A DNA stretch of 64,000 nucleotides, from NCBI GenBank assembly GCA_905214315.1, contig CAJMLN010000002.1:9907-73906 (forward strand), in the 5' to 3' direction. The notes beneath the pieces were generated by a model. The model had not been told where the DNA came from. It was given only the letters and a program-made list of their open reading frames with translations, and did not search any database. Positions 1 through 10,490 of this stretch are shown piece by piece (position 1 is the stretch's first letter; each line of letters begins with the position of its first letter). The position numbers and the translations under genes were made by a program. The stretch comes from an uncultured bacterium (GTDB taxonomy: Bacteria > Bacillota > Clostridia > Christensenellales > QALW01).

Positions 1-159
1 AACGCAGGCCGAGGGCATCGACAGGCTTTGCCGCTAAAGCACTCCGCATCCCGGAACCGGCGTTCTCTGTTTTAACCAAAGCAGTCCTTTTACGCTCCGG
101 TCCCGGGAATCCGGCGGTCCAGAAAACAGACAGAGCTGCGCGCAGACCTTTTGTTTTAA

Positions 160-200
160 GCGAAAAAACATCCGCAGACATAAAGCCTGCGGATGTTCTG
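160..200. terminator. Rho-independent terminator hairpin (bidirectional)
   Basis: Stem-loop AACATCCGCAG-N9-CTGCGGATGTT at 167-197, with an A-run on the left and a T-run on the right. It lies about 15 nt past the stop of the minus-strand gene 214-1410. Confidence 0.7.
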
Positions 201-213
201 TTTTTTCAGTTTT

Positions 214-1410
214 TTATTCCTTGGTATAGTTATCAAAATAGCCCTGAATATAGATGATCGGCGTGCCCTTGTCGCCGCTGCCGGAGGTCAGGTCGGCCAG
301 AGAGCCGATCAGATCGGTCAGCCGCCGGGGCGTCGTTCCCTGCGAGGCCATCTTTCCCACCAGATCCGCGTCCTTGTGGCGGATATAATCGGAAATCGCC
401 TCCTTCAGCGCGTCACCGCTGAGAGAAGCAAACTCGTTGTCCGCCAGATACTTGAGCTTGACCTCGTTGGGCGTTCCCTCCAGCCCCGGCGTATATGCCG
501 GAGAAACCACCGGATCGGCCAGCTCCCATATCTTGCCCACCGGGTCCTTAAACGCGCCGTCACCGTAAACCATAACCTCCACGTTTTTTCCCGTAGCCCT
601 GCGGAGTTTTTCCTGCACCGAAAAAACAAACTCCTCACAGTGAACCGGGAACAGCTTTACCGTCTCCTCGGTGGCTTTATTCGAGCCCAGCAGGCCGTAC
701 TTCTCGTTATAGCCGCTGCCGTTGACGGGGCCTGTTAAAATATCGTCCAGGCCGAACACCTTTTCGGCGCCGCAGCTCTTTAAAATCCGCTTGGTGCGTG
801 CGCGGGTGTGGATATCGCAGCAGAGCACGCTTTTGGTGTACCGGAGAATCGTGCGGCAGTCGTTGGCCAGAATCACTTCCACCTCGGCGCCGCAGGAGGT
901 AATCAGCTCCTTATAATATTCGATGTAATCCACGCCGGTAAAGGTATGCCTGCGGGTGCCGAACAACTCGCGGAACCGGCTTTCGGTCAGAACGTCGCTC
1001 CAGGGATTGATGCCTTTTTCATCCAGCGAATCAAGATCGACCAGATGATTTCCCACCTCGTCGGAGGGATAGCTGAGCATCAGCACAATTTTCTTTACCC
1101 CCGAGGCAATGCCCTTTAAACAGATGGAAAAACGGTTGCGGCTGAGAATGGGGAAAATCACGCCCACCGTGTCGTCGCCGAATTTCTGCGCCACATCGGC
1201 GGCAATATCTTTAATATTTGCATAATTTCCCTGGGACCGTGCCAGTACGGCCTCGGTAACGGCAACAACGTCTTTATCACGGATCGTAAAGCCGTCCTCC
1301 CCCTCTGCGGCGCGAAGCACGCAGTCGGCGGTAATTTGGGCCAAATCGTCACCCTCGCGGATAATCGGCGCCCGCAGTCCGCGGGAGACGGTACCTATAA
1401 AACGTTCCAT
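214..1410 (-). CDS. CofE-like protein (F420-0:gamma-glutamyl ligase family, long form)
   Basis: 398-aa ORF. N-terminal PIIREGDDLAQ...DKDVVAVTEAVLARSQG and C-terminal SGSGDKGTPIIYIQG resemble archaeal CofE (Pfam F420_ligase). SD GAGAGGAG lies about 7 nt before the ATG. Confidence 0.6.
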   Translation of the reverse strand: MERFIGTVSRGLRAPIIREGDDLAQITADCVLRAAEGEDGFTIRDKDVVAVTEAVLARSQGNYANIKDIAADVAQKFGDDTVGVIFPILSRNRFSICLKGIASGVKKIVLMLSYPSDEVGNHLVDLDSLDEKGINPWSDVLTESRFRELFGTRRHTFTGVDYIEYYKELITSCGAEVEVILANDCRTILRYTKSVLCCDIHTRARTKRILKSCGAEKVFGLDDILTGPVNGSGYNEKYGLLGSNKATEETVKLFPVHCEEFVFSVQEKLRRATGKNVEVMVYGDGAFKDPVGKIWELADPVVSPAYTPGLEGTPNEVKLKYLADNEFASLSGDALKEAISDYIRHKDADLVGKMASQGTTPRRLTDLIGSLADLTSGSGDKGTPIIYIQGYFDNYTKE

Positions 1411-1534
1411 AGTTTTTCTCCTCTCTTATGCCCGGCAAACGGGTATTGTCTTTTTCTGCCGTATATAGTATAATGAAAAGCGAATTATTAGTAAAGTTAA
1501 TATTTTTAATAGATTTCATAAGCGAGGCTAATTT

Positions 1535-2413
1535 ATGGATATCAAATTGGACGCCTACCGCATCTTTTATGCGGCGGCAAAAGAACAAAGCTTTTCCAAA
1601 GCGGCTCAGGAGCTGTTCATTACGCAGTCGGCGGTCAGCCAGTCGATTAAAAACCTGGAGCAGCGGCTCCAAACGGCGCTGTTTGTGCGCAGCAAACGGG
1701 AGATCCGCCTGACCCCCGAGGGCGAAACGCTCTACGAATATGTAAAAAACGCACTCTCCTTGCTTGAAAAGGGGGAAGGCGAGCTGCTGCGCTTTCAAAG
1801 CCTGGAGCAGGGACAGCTGCGCATTGCCGCGGGCGACACGCTTTCACGGTACCTGTTGCTGCCGTTTTTAGAGGCTTTTAACCGGAAATATCCGATGGTC
1901 CGCGTCAGCATCGTCAACCGTACCAGCCCGCAGTCGCTGGCGCTGCTGAAGGCAGGACAGGCCGATCTGGCCTTTGTCAACCTGCCGTTAAGCGACGAGG
2001 CCGTGGAATTCCGCCCGTACCGCCGGGTACAGGAAATCTTTGTGGGCGGAAGTCGGTTCCGCGCCCTTACCCAAAAACCCGTGCCTCTGCATCAGCTGCC
2101 GCAGTATCCCCTGATCTTTTTAGAGCGCAGCTCCAATTCCCGCATGGCCGCGGAGGCGTTCTTTTTCAGCCGGGGAATTTCCCTTTCACCTGATATTGAG
2201 CTGGGCTCCCACGACCTTCTGCTGGAGTTTGCCAGAATCAATCTGGGCATCTCCTGCGTAACGCGGGAATTTTCCGAGCATTATCTGCGGACACAGGAGC
2301 TGTTTGAAATCAAAACCGACGAGCCTTTGCCGCCGCGCCATGTGGGAATATGCACCCTAAAGGGCGTCAGCGCCTCCGCCGCCGCCCGCGCGTTTTTAGA
2401 GCTGCTGCAATAG
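1535..2413 (+). CDS. LysR-family transcriptional regulator
   Basis: 292 aa. The N-terminal wHTH FSKAAQELFITQSAVSQSIKNLEQRL is the LysR signature. It is divergent from the CofE-like gene across a 124-bp shared control region. Confidence 0.9.
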   Translation: MDIKLDAYRIFYAAAKEQSFSKAAQELFITQSAVSQSIKNLEQRLQTALFVRSKREIRLTPEGETLYEYVKNALSLLEKGEGELLRFQSLEQGQLRIAAGDTLSRYLLLPFLEAFNRKYPMVRVSIVNRTSPQSLALLKAGQADLAFVNLPLSDEAVEFRPYRRVQEIFVGGSRFRALTQKPVPLHQLPQYPLIFLERSSNSRMAAEAFFFSRGISLSPDIELGSHDLLLEFARINLGISCVTREFSEHYLRTQELFEIKTDEPLPPRHVGICTLKGVSASAAARAFLELLQ

Positions 2414-2489
2414 ATGTAAAAATTGCATGGAGCCTGAATTTTGGTGTCCCGCTTTTCTGCTCCTTTTGAAAAGAAAGAGGGAAAACTGA

Positions 2490-2545
2490 GTAAAAAAAGA
2501 CGGATTCCACCTTTTTGGCAAAATCCGTTTTACTGTTTTGTTTTT
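2490..2545. terminator. Terminator hairpin between the convergent LysR and gap genes
   Basis: Stem GACGGATT-N15-AATCCGTT at 2499-2529, flanked by an A7 run (left) and T-rich TTACTGTTTTGTTTTT (right). It can serve both convergent genes. Confidence 0.6.
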
Positions 2546-2567
2546 GCGGCAGAAGCGCTGTTTTTGC

Positions 2568-3584
2568 TTACAGCTCAGCAAAATATTTAATGGTGCGTAC
2601 CATCTGGCTGGTATAGGAGTTTTCGTTATCATACCAGGAAACAACCTGTACCTGATAGGTATCATCATCGATCTTGGCAACCATCGTCTGGGTTGCATCA
2701 AACAGGGAACCGTAGGTCATGCCGATTACGTCGGAAGAAACGATCTGATCGGTATTGTAGCCAAAGGAAGCGGATGAAGCAGCCTTCATGGCGGCGTTGA
2801 TGCCCTCTGCGGTAACATCCTTGCCTTTTACTACAGCCACAAGAATCGTGGTGGAGCCGGTGCAGGTGGGTACACGCTGGGCAGAGCCGATCAGCTTGCC
2901 GTTAAGCTCGGGAATAACCAGGCCGATGGCTTTGGCCGCGCCGGTGGAGTTGGGAACAATATTCTGCGCGGCGGCACGGGCACGACGGAAATCCCCCTTG
3001 CGGTGCGGGCCATCCAGCACCATTTGATCACCGGTATATGCATGAACAGTGGTCATAATACCGCTCTGGATGGGAGCGTAATCGTTCAGGGCTTTTGCCA
3101 TGGGCGCCAGACAGTTGGTGGTGCAGGAGGCGGCGGAAATCACCTGATCCTCTTTGGTCAGAGTATTTTCATTTACGCTGAAAACAATGGTTTTCAGATC
3201 TTTGCCCGCGGGGGCGGAGATCACGCATTTTTTAGCGCCGGCGTTGATATGCGCCATTGCTTTTTCCTTGGAAGTATAAAACCCGGTGCATTCCAGAACA
3301 ACGTCAACGCCGATCTGGCCCCAGGGAAGGTTTGCCGCATCCTTTTCGGCATAAATTTTAATGGTTTTGCCGTCTACGGTAATGCTGTCCTCACCGGCTT
3401 CTACGGTATGGCCTTTGGCAACATAACTGCCCTGCGCGGTATCATATTTAAGCAGATGGGCAAGCATGTCCGGGCTGGTGAGATCGTTAATGGCAACTAC
3501 TTCATAGCCCTCGGCACCGAACATCTGCCGGAAAGCAAGACGGCCGATACGGCCGAACCCGTTAATAGCAACTTTTACTGACAT
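2568..3584 (-). CDS. gap: Type I glyceraldehyde-3-phosphate dehydrogenase
   Basis: [18 protein letters not shown]-binding N-terminus and the SCTTNCLAP active-site motif. The ATG at 3584 has GGAGG 9 nt upstream. The track start at 3590 is an in-frame TTG extension. Confidence 0.95.
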   Translation of the reverse strand: MSVKVAINGFGRIGRLAFRQMFGAEGYEVVAINDLTSPDMLAHLLKYDTAQGSYVAKGHTVEAGEDSITVDGKTIKIYAEKDAANLPWGQIGVDVVLECTGFYTSKEKAMAHINAGAKKCVISAPAGKDLKTIVFSVNENTLTKEDQVISAASCTTNCLAPMAKALNDYAPIQSGIMTTVHAYTGDQMVLDGPHRKGDFRRARAAAQNIVPNSTGAAKAIGLVIPELNGKLIGSAQRVPTCTGSTTILVAVVKGKDVTAEGINAAMKAASSASFGYNTDQIVSSDVIGMTYGSLFDATQTMVAKIDDDTYQVQVVSWYDNENSYTSQMVRTIKYFAEL

Positions 3585-3624
3585 ATTCAAGTTCCTCCAT
3601 ATTCCTTTAATTTACGTTCCCTAT

Positions 3625-3651
3625 TTTATACCATTATTGCTTTTTATGCAA
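3625..3651 (-). promoter_or_regulatory. Candidate sigma-A promoter of gap
   Basis: On the minus strand: TTGCAT, a 15-nt spacer, then TGgTATAAA (extended -10), about 40 nt upstream of the gap start. Confidence 0.35.
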
Positions 3652-4334
3652 GTGAATATACCGTGAAATTGAGATTTTTTAAGAAAACCCCGCTTTTTAG
3701 AAATTATTTTTGCCTGATAACGGAAATTTTTTATCGGAGGATTTGATGAAAGCCATTGCAAAATAACATCGAGCTTTTTTATCTGCATTTTTTTAAATAT
3801 TTTCTATATGCAACAAATATTCTACCAAACCAAGCTAAAGAAAATATTATGGACATATAACTCTTTATTTGTTATAACTGCAAATCCCAGTAAGCAATCC
3901 CAAATAATAAAAAATGATCTTACATTTACTTTACATGTTTTTGCAATTTTATTTAAGCATCAAACAAATGCTTTTTATCAATATACTAATTCCAAATATC
4001 AAAAATGGTATCTATTCTTGTTAATAAAGCCCTTGTTGTAAATAAAATACAACTACAGATACTATCAAAGCTGTTATTATTCTCTTTGCAGAGCCTATCA
4101 TTTTTCTTCCCTTTACTATGATTTGTTTGTTGCGCTAATTCATTCAAACAAAAAATAATTGATATTAAAAAAATATTAAATTGAGTTTTGATTGGCTTTA
4201 ATATAGAATATTTTGGAAAGAGAATAAATTTCGTAGCATGGGATTCGCTCCCTTTTTGTATTTTTCACTTCCTGAAGCGGGAGCTTAGTATTCCTGCGGA
4301 CCGGTATTTCTATTGCATCACAGGCGTCTGTGTT

Positions 4335-5207
4335 TTACCGTAGGGTGCGGATATAGGCGTCGATCAAAAGAGCGTCCTCCGAGAGCTGGTGTGTCAGCTC
4401 CTCCAAAGAGGAAAATTTTTTTTCATCGCGGATCTTTTTTAAAAAGCTTATCGTGATTTTTTTTCCGTACACATCGCCTCGGAAGCCTAAAATATGTGTT
4501 TCTACCGAAAGCGTTTGTTCGCTGGTTACCGTAGGGTTGATGCCGATATTGGTCATTCCCTTATACAGCCGGCCTTCCAGCCGGCACACCGTTGCATATA
4601 CGCCCCGCCCGGGAATCAGCTTTTCCTCTGATACAGAGGTGTTTACGGTAGGAAAGCCGATGCTTTGTCCGATATGCCTGCCGTGCACGGTAGGACCGCT
4701 CACAGAATAGCCGCGCCCCAACAAAAGCGCCGCTGTTTCCGCGTCGCCGGCGCAGAGCGCGCTGCGAATACCTGTACTGCTGATGACGCGCTGCCGGGAA
4801 TCCAGTACTGGCGGAACGATTTCCGTTTGATAGCCGTATTTTTGCCCCAGCTGTTTCAGCAAAAGGCAGTTTCCCTCTGCTTTTTGGCCAAAAGTATGGT
4901 CAAACCCCGCGATAATCGTCTGCGGCCGGAATCTTCGGCACAGCCAGCCGATATATTCCTCCGCCGGTACGGCGGCTTTTTTTTCGTCAAAAGGCTGCAT
5001 AAAAACCTCGTCGGCCCCGTATTTCTTCAAAAGCATGGTCTTTTCCTCCGGGGTGGTCAGGAGCTTGACGTCTTTTTTGAAAAACGCCGCGGGGGGACGG
5101 GAAAAGGTACAGGCAATTACCGATCCTGCGAAAGCTTCTGCGCGTTTTATCAGCGCCTGATGCCCCAGGTGCACCCCGTCAAAGGTGCCCAAAACAAGCG
5201 TGCTCAC
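4335..5207 (-). CDS. ribF: Bifunctional riboflavin kinase / FMN adenylyltransferase
   Basis: LVLGTFDGVHLGHQALI nucleotidyltransferase motif plus a C-terminal riboflavin-kinase half. The GTG at 5207 has GGAGGAA 6 nt upstream and overlaps the truB stop (GTGA). The track start at 5228 is an alternative. Confidence 0.9.
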   Translation of the reverse strand: MSTLVLGTFDGVHLGHQALIKRAEAFAGSVIACTFSRPPAAFFKKDVKLLTTPEEKTMLLKKYGADEVFMQPFDEKKAAVPAEEYIGWLCRRFRPQTIIAGFDHTFGQKAEGNCLLLKQLGQKYGYQTEIVPPVLDSRQRVISSTGIRSALCAGDAETAALLLGRGYSVSGPTVHGRHIGQSIGFPTVNTSVSEEKLIPGRGVYATVCRLEGRLYKGMTNIGINPTVTSEQTLSVETHILGFRGDVYGKKITISFLKKIRDEKKFSSLEELTHQLSEDALLIDAYIRTLR

Positions 5208-6097
5208 GGGGTTCCTCCCAGACGGCACCGGATCTGGTAAAGGCCGTCCCTGAGGCAGCCGATGCCGATAAACGTATTTTCACAATACAGCCGGACCGGC
5301 TCGTTTTCTTTTGCCGCCGCCGGGTCAGCTGCCAGCGCGGCTGCAACGGGATTTCCATTCTGCAGTTTTTTTTGGGCCGCCGCGGAAAAATATACCGCCG
5401 GCAGAAAGGCGACGGCCTGATCCATCGGCACCAGAAAAGAAAAATCGTTCTCAGTCACACGCCGCTCTATTTCCGCAATGGGTAAGGCCTCTTCCACACG
5501 AAAGCCTCCGGCACTTTCGCGCAGAAGATGCCGCATATGCGCCCCGCAGCCCAGGGCATTGCCCAGATCCTCGCAGAGCGTGCGTATATAGGTGCCCTTG
5601 CCGCATATAACCCGGATTTCACATTCGTTTTTTTCTACCGGAGAAAGCACGGTAAGGCTTTCGATCTCGATTTCGCGGGGCTGCCGCGCTACCTCTTTGC
5701 CCCGGCGGGCAAGCGCATACAGCCGTTGGCCGTCCTGTCGCAGGGCCGAATACATCGGCGGCACCTGCTGAATGCGTCCGGTGAGCTTTGCGGCCGCGTC
5801 CAGCAGCTCTTGGTGGGAAAATGCCGGCGTGTGTTCGGCAAGCACCCTGCCGGAAGCGTCCTGGGTATCGGTGATAATGCCGAAGCGCACCCTTGCTTGA
5901 TAGGTCTTGTGACGGGAGGTGAGAAAATCGAACAGCCGGGTGGCCTGCCCTACGCAAACGGGCAGTACACCCTCGGCGTCCGGGTCCAGCGTGCCGGCAT
6001 GGCCGATACGCCGTTCATGCAGCACGCCTTTTAATTTATTTACCACGTCGCCTGAGGTCCAGCCGGGCTCCTTGTATACATTGATGACGCCGTTCAT
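5204..6097 (-). CDS. truB: tRNA pseudouridine(55) synthase
   Basis: GVINVYKEPGWTSGDVV...GHAGTLDPDAEGVLPVCVGQATR carries the catalytic Asp motif of TruB. It overlaps nrnA by 4 nt. Confidence 0.95.
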   Translation of the reverse strand: MNGVINVYKEPGWTSGDVVNKLKGVLHERRIGHAGTLDPDAEGVLPVCVGQATRLFDFLTSRHKTYQARVRFGIITDTQDASGRVLAEHTPAFSHQELLDAAAKLTGRIQQVPPMYSALRQDGQRLYALARRGKEVARQPREIEIESLTVLSPVEKNECEIRVICGKGTYIRTLCEDLGNALGCGAHMRHLLRESAGGFRVEEALPIAEIERRVTENDFSFLVPMDQAVAFLPAVYFSAAAQKKLQNGNPVAAALAADPAAAKENEPVRLYCENTFIGIGCLRDGLYQIRCRLGGTP

Positions 6098-7041
6098 GCC
6101 CGCAGCACCTCTTTTAACGCATTTAACAGCTGCTCCAGAACCTGCTGCCGCGTGCCCGGAAGGTTGCAGCCCGCGGCCAGCTTATGTCCGCCGCCGCCGA
6201 ACGCAGCGCAGACGGCCGAAACGTCATATTGCGGAAGGCAGCGCAGGCTGGCCTTGTAGCCATCCTCCGTCTGGCGGATAAAAAACGCGATATGCGCGCC
6301 TTCTACGCTGCGGCACAGCTCTACCACATCGTCCGAATCAGCCTGCTCCGCATGAAAGGCGCTGTAGTCGTCCGCATCAAGATACGTATAGGCCACCCGG
6401 CCCTCAAAAGCGGTGGCAAGATGTTCAATGGCCCGTCCCCTCAGCCGTATTTTCTGCAGCGCGGCCGTCTGAAACAGGATTCCGGTCAGCTCATCCTGCC
6501 GGATATCGTATTCATACAGCGCGGCTGTCTGCCGGACCTCCTCTGCGGTAACGCCGTTGTGCGAAAGCCTTCCGGTATCGGTGGAAACGGACACGAACAG
6601 CGCCCGTGCCATATGCGTATCCAGCGCGATTTCCAGCTCCTTTAAAAGCTCCATTACCAAAAATCCGGCGGCGCTGTGCGGATAGACCGCATTCACCTGT
6701 GCATAGAACGTGTTGGTTCTGTGGTGATCAAGCTGCGCGGTTCGCTTTATGGTTTTTAACAGCTGCGCGCAGCTTCCCAGCCGCGCCTCATCGCTGCAGT
6801 CCACGCAGATGACGCTGTCGAAGCGCTTCAGCTTTTCCCGTTTTGTTAAAGAGGCAATTTCCTCTATTTTCATAAAAGCTGCGGGAATATTCCCCTCGCA
6901 GAACCACTGCGCGCGCTTGCCCAGCTTTTCAAGGGCATAAATAAGGGCGGCGGCACTGCCCATAGTGTCGCCGTCCGGTGAGATGTGCGAGATGACTGCA
7001 AAATTTTCACCCTGTTTTATAAAATCTGCCAGCTGTCTCAT
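6094..7041 (-). CDS. nrnA: DHH-family phosphoesterase (NrnA-like oligoribonuclease/pAp phosphatase)
   Basis: DHH motif ISHISPDGDTMGS, DHHRTN, and the C-terminal DHHA1 motif GGGGHKLAAG. It sits in the conserved position between rbfA and truB. Confidence 0.85.
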   Translation of the reverse strand: MRQLADFIKQGENFAVISHISPDGDTMGSAAALIYALEKLGKRAQWFCEGNIPAAFMKIEEIASLTKREKLKRFDSVICVDCSDEARLGSCAQLLKTIKRTAQLDHHRTNTFYAQVNAVYPHSAAGFLVMELLKELEIALDTHMARALFVSVSTDTGRLSHNGVTAEEVRQTAALYEYDIRQDELTGILFQTAALQKIRLRGRAIEHLATAFEGRVAYTYLDADDYSAFHAEQADSDDVVELCRSVEGAHIAFFIRQTEDGYKASLRCLPQYDVSAVCAAFGGGGHKLAAGCNLPGTRQQVLEQLLNALKEVLRA

Positions 7042-7391
7042 TTTTCTTCCTCTTTAATCTGATTTAAAAGCTCGCTGATGTGTATGCTGTAGGCAATGGA
7101 ATCGTCCGGCACAAAGGTCAGCTCGGGCATTTTGCGCACCTGAATCCTTTCGGAAAGCCGGCGCTTGATAAAGCCCTTGGCCTTCTCTAGGCCGATAAAG
7201 GTCTGTTGTTTTTCCTCGTCCGTACCGTACACGGTAAAAAATACCTTACAGTACTGCAGGTCATTGCTCAACTCCACCCGGATGATGCTGCATAGCGTTC
7301 CGATCCGCGGATCGTGCAGCTCGTTCCTTAAAATATCGGCCAGCGCCCGCTGGATTTCAAGCCCCAGCCTGTCTGAACGTTTATACTGCAT
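7038..7391 (-). CDS. rbfA: Ribosome-binding factor A
   Basis: 117 aa. R..R...EI.R.LA.IL...L.DPR pattern. It lies immediately downstream of infB. Confidence 0.9.
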   Translation of the reverse strand: MQYKRSDRLGLEIQRALADILRNELHDPRIGTLCSIIRVELSNDLQYCKVFFTVYGTDEEKQQTFIGLEKAKGFIKRRLSERIQVRKMPELTFVPDDSIAYSIHISELLNQIKEEEK

Positions 7392-7400
7392 AGCTTCTCC

Positions 7401-9905
7401 TTATCTTGCGATCTCTTCCATAATAAACGCCTCGATCACATCGTTTTCCTTAATATCGTTATAGCCCTGGATGCCGATGCCGCATTCGTAGCCGGTGGCT
7501 ACTTCCTTCACATCGTCCTTAAACCGGCGCAGCGATTCTACCTCGCCCTCATGGATAACAATATTATCCCTCAAAAGGCGGAGTTTACTCGCGCGGGTAA
7601 TTTTACCGTCGGTCACATAGCTTCCGGCAACCGTGCCGTGGCCGGGAACCTTAAACGTCTGCCGTACCTCGGCATGGCCCAGAATTACTTCCTTAAACTC
7701 CGGCGCCAGCATTCCTTTCATAGCCGCTTCGATGTCCTCAATTGCGTTATAGATTACGCGATAGAGGCGGATATCAATTTTTTCATGCTCGGCCATAGCG
7801 CGTGCAGTGGAATCTGGGCGCACGTTAAAGCCGATAATAATGGCATTGGAGGCCTGTGCCAGAATCACGTCGGAATTAGTAATAGCGCCCACGCCGCCAT
7901 GCAGGGCTACGACCTTGACTTCCTCGTTGGAGAGCTTTTCAAGCGCCTGTTTTACCGCTTCCACGCTGCCCTGTACATCGGCTTTGATGATCAGGTTCAG
8001 CTGCTTCATTTCGCCCTCCTGGATCTGCGCGAACAGATCGTCCAGCGAAGCTGCGGTTTTGGCCTTTGCCTGGGCGGATTTGATCTTTGCCCGCCGCTCC
8101 TCGGCTACCTGACGGGAAAGCTTATCATCCTCGGTGGCATAGAGCTGATCGCCTGCTTCGGGAACCTCATTAAAGCCCAGAACCTCCACCGGGGTAGACG
8201 GCGGCGCTTCCTCCAGGCGCTCGCCCCGGTCGTTCATCATGGCGCGCACGCGGCCGAATACCGTACCGGCTACGATGGTATCGCCCACATGCAGCGTACC
8301 GTTCTGCACCAGCACTGTTGCCACGGGTCCTCTGCCCTTATCCAGCTTGGCTTCGATAATAATTCCCTTGGCCATAACGGTGGGGTTGGCCTTATAGTCT
8401 TCTACCTCGGCCACCAGCAGGATCATCTCCAGAAGCTTGTCGATGCCCTCCTTGGTGTAGGCGGAAACGGGAACTATGATGGTGTCGCCGCCCCAATCCT
8501 CGGGAACGAGTTCATGCTGCGTCAGCTCGGTTTTTACGCGCTCCGGATCGGCCGCGGGCTTATCCATTTTGTTAATGGCCACAATAATCGGCACCTCGGC
8601 CGCTTTGGCGTGGTTGATGGCCTCTATTGTCTGGGGCATCACGCCGTCGTCTGCGGCGACTACGATGATCGCAATATCGGTAGACTGTGCGCCGCGGGCG
8701 CGCATCGAGGTAAACGCCTCGTGCCCCGGGGTATCGATAAAGGTGATTTTTTTCTCCCCATGGCTGATCTGGTACGCACCGATATGCTGGGTAATGCCGC
8801 CGGCCTCGCTGGCGGTTACATTGGCATGACGGATTGCGTCCAGCAGCGAGGTTTTTCCGTGGTCAACGTGTCCCATAATGGTAACCACGGGCGGTCTTGT
8901 GCTGTAGCCTTCGCCGGTCTGATCGGTATCGTCGGCGATATCAATGAGGGTATCCTCAAAGGTCTTAGTCAGCTTCTGCTCCAGCTCTATGCCGTATTCC
9001 ATAGCCACCATCAAGGCGGTTTCATAGTCGATCTCCTGGTTCACAGTGGCCATAACGCCCATCAGGAACAGTTTTTTTACAATATCCGCTGCGGGCTTGC
9101 CTAGTTTTTCGGAAAGGTCTTTAATCAAAATCGTTTCGGTAGTCATAACCGCGCTTTCAATCACGATCGGCTCAATGGTCTTTTTGACCTCTTTCTTTTC
9201 CTTTTTGGGCTTTCTTACGCGGAAAAATTCTTCCTCCTCTGCGCCGGGCGCAGGCTGACGCCGGTCTCTTCTGGTATTCTTCGGCGTTTGTTCGGAATTT
9301 TCATGGTTTTTCCGGTACATTTTTTTATTCGGATCATAATTGCTTACCCGTTCTTTTTCAGCAACAGGCATGGCGGGAGCCATTCCCGGGGTCCGCGGCT
9401 GCTGCGGGCGGGGCTTGCGCTGCTCACCGGCGGCGCCATCCTTATTGGCGCGGAACGGCGGCCGTCCCTGGGATGGCTGCGTACCGTCTTCCCGGCGCGG
9501 ACGCGCCGTGTTATTTTGATAACCGCTGCTGGGGCGCTTGAAGCCGCGCTCTTCGGGCATTTTTGTTTCCTTTCGGGGCTGGTTTGCGGGGAGGGGGGAT
9601 TTCTTTTCCTCTGCTTTGGGCTGTACGGCCGGCTCTTCCTGTACAGGGGCGGCCTGTGCGGCTTCCTCCTTTGCTGCTTCGGCCAGCGCTTCGGCTTCTT
9701 CCCGGGCTCGCTGCGCCTCATATTCGGCGCGGGCCTGCTCCTGCTCCGCCCTCTGCTGCGCGCGGCGTTCTTCCTCCGCTCTTGCCAAAATAGCGCTGTT
9801 CTTATCTGAAAGCGCTTTTTTCTGGGCCTCCAGCGTCTGCTGTGCCCTGGCTATTTTCTCAAGCAATTCGTTGCTCGCCTTTTGAATGTCTGCTGCTTTG
9901 CTCAT
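7401..9905 (-). CDS. infB: Translation initiation factor IF-2
   Basis: 834 aa. G-domain motifs [22 protein letters not shown] and NKMD, with a long E/A/Q/R/P-rich N-terminus. The ATG overlaps the ylxQ stop (ATGA). Confidence 0.97.
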   Translation of the reverse strand: MSKAADIQKASNELLEKIARAQQTLEAQKKALSDKNSAILARAEEERRAQQRAEQEQARAEYEAQRAREEAEALAEAAKEEAAQAAPVQEEPAVQPKAEEKKSPLPANQPRKETKMPEERGFKRPSSGYQNNTARPRREDGTQPSQGRPPFRANKDGAAGEQRKPRPQQPRTPGMAPAMPVAEKERVSNYDPNKKMYRKNHENSEQTPKNTRRDRRQPAPGAEEEEFFRVRKPKKEKKEVKKTIEPIVIESAVMTTETILIKDLSEKLGKPAADIVKKLFLMGVMATVNQEIDYETALMVAMEYGIELEQKLTKTFEDTLIDIADDTDQTGEGYSTRPPVVTIMGHVDHGKTSLLDAIRHANVTASEAGGITQHIGAYQISHGEKKITFIDTPGHEAFTSMRARGAQSTDIAIIVVAADDGVMPQTIEAINHAKAAEVPIIVAINKMDKPAADPERVKTELTQHELVPEDWGGDTIIVPVSAYTKEGIDKLLEMILLVAEVEDYKANPTVMAKGIIIEAKLDKGRGPVATVLVQNGTLHVGDTIVAGTVFGRVRAMMNDRGERLEEAPPSTPVEVLGFNEVPEAGDQLYATEDDKLSRQVAEERRAKIKSAQAKAKTAASLDDLFAQIQEGEMKQLNLIIKADVQGSVEAVKQALEKLSNEEVKVVALHGGVGAITNSDVILAQASNAIIIGFNVRPDSTARAMAEHEKIDIRLYRVIYNAIEDIEAAMKGMLAPEFKEVILGHAEVRQTFKVPGHGTVAGSYVTDGKITRASKLRLLRDNIVIHEGEVESLRRFKDDVKEVATGYECGIGIQGYNDIKENDVIEAFIMEEIAR

Positions 9906-10234
9906 TTTTTAACCCCCAAATTCAGGTTGATCTCATTTATGATTGCATCGGCAAACTGCTTGCCGGTAATGCAAACTGCCTTGCGCTCGGGCTTGCCGAT
10001 GGCCGCTCCAAGCCGGTCGTCATCCAGCTGATACACCGGCACGCCTCTGAATAGAGCCAAATCGGCATAGTGCTTCAGCGTGTTTGGCGAAACCGCCGCC
10101 GAAAGCAATACCACCAGTGCTTCCTTGCTTTTAATGGCGTTTTCGCAGCCCTGCGCGCCGGAGACCAGCTGCCGCGTTTTAGCGGCAAAGCCCACAAAGG
10201 TCATCAGCCGCGCGCCGTTTTTTATTTTATCCAT
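9902..10234 (-). CDS. ylxQ: L7Ae/L30e-family RNA-binding protein (YlxQ-like)
   Basis: About 110 aa from MDKIKNG. The K-turn-binding family pattern ([28 protein letters not shown]) is present. It holds the conserved slot between ylxR and infB. The track start at 10303 is an upstream extension. Confidence 0.75.
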   Translation of the reverse strand: MDKIKNGARLMTFVGFAAKTRQLVSGAQGCENAIKSKEALVVLLSAAVSPNTLKHYADLALFRGVPVYQLDDDRLGAAIGKPERKAVCITGKQFADAIINEINLNLGVKK

Positions 10235-10490
10235 TAATCTCCTTTTCCAGTGCCTGAAAGACCTCGTCACCCACAGCGGCGTCAAACGCGCGGGAAAGCG
10301 CACGGGTTTTGATGCTTTGTTTTAAGCATTCGGCATTGCGGCACAGATAGGCGCCGCGGCCGGAGGCTTTGCCGGTTGTATCCAGCCTAATTTCGCCCTC
10401 AGGTGTGCGGATGACGCGCACCAGTTCGCGCTTGGGCTTCATTTCCCGGCATCCTAAGCACATGCGCATCGGTGTTTTTTTCGTTTTCAC
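10227..10490 (-). CDS. ylxR: YlxR/RnpM-family protein (DUF448)
   Basis: 87 aa. RMCLGCREMKPKRELVRV...GRGAYLC is the DUF448 signature. It lies directly downstream of nusA. Confidence 0.9.
   Translation of the reverse strand: MKTKKTPMRMCLGCREMKPKRELVRVIRTPEGEIRLDTTGKASGRGAYLCRNAECLKQSIKTRALSRAFDAAVGDEVFQALEKEING

Noticed and set aside
3808-4041. 77-aa plus-strand ORF in the AT-rich island
   Set aside because: It has no SD and a low-complexity Lys/Asn/Ile/Phe/Tyr-rich product, as expected by chance in ~20% G+C DNA.
7551-9104. 517-aa ORF on the plus strand
   Set aside because: It is entirely antisense to infB, whose GTPase motifs are unmistakable. It has no SD and a biased Gly/His/Leu/Arg composition. 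This is a typical shadow ORF of a GC-rich gene.
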